A stretch of DNA of 64,000 nt, from assembly GCF_006345805.1 (NCBI RefSeq), contig NC_043010.1, positions 14,260,001 through 14,324,000 on the forward strand. Direction: 5' to 3'. The notes beneath the pieces were generated by a model. The model did not search any database. It had not been told where the DNA came from and saw nothing but the letters and a program-made list of their open reading frames with translations. A program made the position numbers and the translations under genes. This DNA is from Octopus sinensis. Its lineage: Eukaryota. Shown here piece after piece: positions 61,687 to 64,000 of this stretch. The first letter of the stretch is position 1. Each line of letters begins with the position of its first letter.

Positions 61687-62112
61687 TGGTCTCAAGCATT
61701 TGTCTTATGAAGAAAGGCTGAAGACGCTCGACCTTTATTCTCTCGAAAAACGACGATGCTGTGGTGATCTCATTCTCGCTCACATCATAAGCGGAAAGTG
61801 TAAACTCTCGAAAGAGCTGTTCTTCACTCCTGCTCCAGAGCGTGGGCTGTGGGGTCACTCCAAAAAGATCTATCTATGATGATTTCATCTCAATCAAAGG
61901 AGAGAGGCTTTCTCCATCTGGGTTGCAGATCCGTGGAATAAGCTGCCGGACGAGATAGTGAAGATGCCGATGACCGCTCAGTTCAAAGTCTCTCTTGACC
62001 AGAAATGGCCTGAACTCTTTGTATGACCACCCTCCCTGTACATAACTCCCTGTCCCTCTACATGGCCTTGCTTTTGCTTTTTGAGCCAATAAAAATTGAA
62101 TTGAATTGAAAT
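61687..62112 (+). mobile_element. CR1 3' fragment, same family as 30272-30982, (AATTG)n tail
   Basis: LSYEERLKTLDLYSLEKRRCCGDLIL; nucleotide alignment to 30549-30960. Confidence 0.9.
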
Positions 62113-62348
62113 TCTCTTCTGTGTATGACAGACTTGTTGAATGTATTGATTGATATCATCAAGGTAGATTTAGCCCAAGTCAGTCAAGTGGCTCTGTCTG
62201 TGACTGTCCTATATTTTTGTATACCTAGCACTACACTGTCCATTGTGTTCTTCCTTATAAGAATACGGGGTGTAATTTGAAGATTTAGCTGTTACTTCTA
62301 GGAGGCTGAACCCCTCAAGTCTTCTTTTGTTGGCTTGACAGGAGGTAT

Positions 62349-62654
62349 GGAGGCACATGGCCAAGTGGTTAGAGCAGCGGACTTGCAGTTGAGGGATCGC
62401 GGGTTCAAATCTCAGACTGGGCTGTGTGTGTGTTTATGAGTGAAACACCTAAGCTCCACGTGGCTCCGGCAGAAGGTAATGGCAAACCTCTGCTGACTCT
62501 TTCGCCACAACTTTCTCTCACTCTTTCCTCCTGCATCTTGCAGCTCACCTGCGACGGACCGGCGTCCCGTCCAGGTGGGGAACCTATACGCCAAGGAAAC
62601 TGGGAAACTGGCCCTAATGAGCCAGGCATGACTTGAGAAGGAACAAACAAAAAA
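62349..62654 (+). mobile_element. SINE S5, ~16-bp TSD CTTGAC(A/C)GGAGGTATG
   Basis: Aligns to 48409-48720. Confidence 0.87.
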
Positions 62655-63569
62655 CTTGACCGGAGGTATGGTAGTGGTCTGTGTTGTTTAGGAGCCAAGT
62701 TTCTTGTTGGTTTATCTAAGATTGGAATTGTCTAGGAGATGTTGAGAGGATGTAACCGACATCATTTGCATGTGAGGTATGTTCTATAACATTTTGTTGA
62801 CTGTATACGCTGCAGTAGGAATATCGATGATTGATGGGCTTGAATTTTATGAATCTTAAGTTGGATTCTTGGTATAAGTGGTTCCACAGGGCATTTCAAA
62901 ATGCGAAAGTTTTGTTTTTTTTTAGTTCATTGACACGTGTGTTTTGCTGAGGTAATTGGAGATTTGAGCAATTATGTGCCATATTGTGTTAATTAGGTGT
63001 GTAAAGGAAACTGTCTGAAATTCTCACCTTTTCACTAAGCATGTAATTTCCTCCAACTTTAAATACAATGTTTGAATAACCAATAAACACACTCCACAGA
63101 TTTATATCTGCTTATATGAGAGACATGACTTTGGAGTTTAATCCTTATTAATTAATGAATGAATGATTTAAAAAATAAAAATTCATATTAATTCTTTGTG
63201 TTTAGTTTGAAACAGTCGCATACCAAAGAACTAATAAAGAAATATGAAAAATCCTTAATAAAAAAGATTAAATTTGAATACATGTGCTTTCTAATATGCT
63301 TGAAAGAAAAGCTGTTCCCTTTTTACACAGATGTTTCTAATTAAAACAAAAATTGCTTCTAATTAAAGAGTGTGTTATCATTTTTGTTGTCCACTTTCCC
63401 ATCCGTGCATACACATGCATGGATTGGATGGAATTTGCTGAGGCAGATTTTCTGTGACTTGATGCTCTTCCTCTCTCTCACTAATCCTCACCTATTTCCA
63501 GGTAAGGTTTACAATTACCACATGAAAGGAACACTTGTGCACGTGTGTGCACATGAACACATGTGCACA

Positions 63570-63960
63570 CACACTCACAATGGGCTTCTTTCAGGTTTCT
63601 GCCTACCAGATCCATGGCTATTGCAGAAGATTTGTCCAAGGTGCCATGCTGTGGGGATGAACCTGAAACCACGTGGTTGGGAAGCTAGCTTCTTAACCAC
63701 ATAGCCATGCTCGAGTGCATGTGTATGTATGCATATATTTATATTATTTTTTCTTTTACTCTTTTACGAGTTTCAGTCATTTGACTGTGGCCAGGCTGGA
63801 GCACTGCCTTTTAAAGAGTTTTTTTAGTTGAAGAAGTCAACCCCAGGACTTATTCTTGTAAGCCTAGGACTTATTCTATTGGTCTCTTGCTGGACCACTA
63901 AGTTACAAGGATATAAACATTCCAACATCTGTTGTCAAGTGATGATGGGTGGGGGGACAC
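63570..63960 (-). mobile_element. SINE S1, diverged head (63570-63710) and tail (63757-63960) pieces
   Basis: Both parts match S1. Confidence 0.65.
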
Positions 63961-64000
63961 ACATGCATAAATATATACATACATATATATATATATATAT

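Overview
Eukaryotic, AT-rich, repeat-dominated genomic DNA. The SINE, RTE, CR1 and microsatellite content is typical of an Octopus genome (inference; no search was run). One host gene is recognisable: the first three coding exons of RPP30 (RNase P/MRP subunit p30) on the minus strand (24146-24224, 2175-2254, 846-923). They splice in frame to MVLFTDLGVKWKEDTPVDDKIRRLIKLGYRQVAINNAVLPPPTGKTKGKGENQKKQLKDPRDILLPEQKLRLHSNVQLI..., with a 21.9-kb first intron. A second, unidentified plus-strand gene may start at 42824-42904. The rest is at least five SINE families (labelled S1-S5 here), decayed RTE and CR1 LINEs, Penelope-like fragments, a non-autonomous Helitron, several MITE families (Merlin-like, piggyBac-like, hAT, Tc1/mariner, Mutator-like) and large microsatellite fields. 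Almost all ORFs in the supplied track are microsatellite or TE artefacts. Most notable: (i) three minimal hammerhead-ribozyme motifs with covarying stems in Penelope-like fragments; (ii) a SINE that forms head-to-tail multimers with an identical junction at six loci, breaking in the loop of a hairpin in its tRNA-like head; (iii) a Merlin-like MITE carrying TTAGGG/G4 sequence, clustered upstream of RPP30, with one copy flanked by an ~80-bp rather than 8-bp duplication; (iv) a bipartite non-autonomous RTE derivative and a twin-primed RTE inversion with a Helitron at its junction. Gene, MITE and ribozyme coordinates were read base by base; SINE and LINE boundaries are approximate (about +/-10-20 bp).
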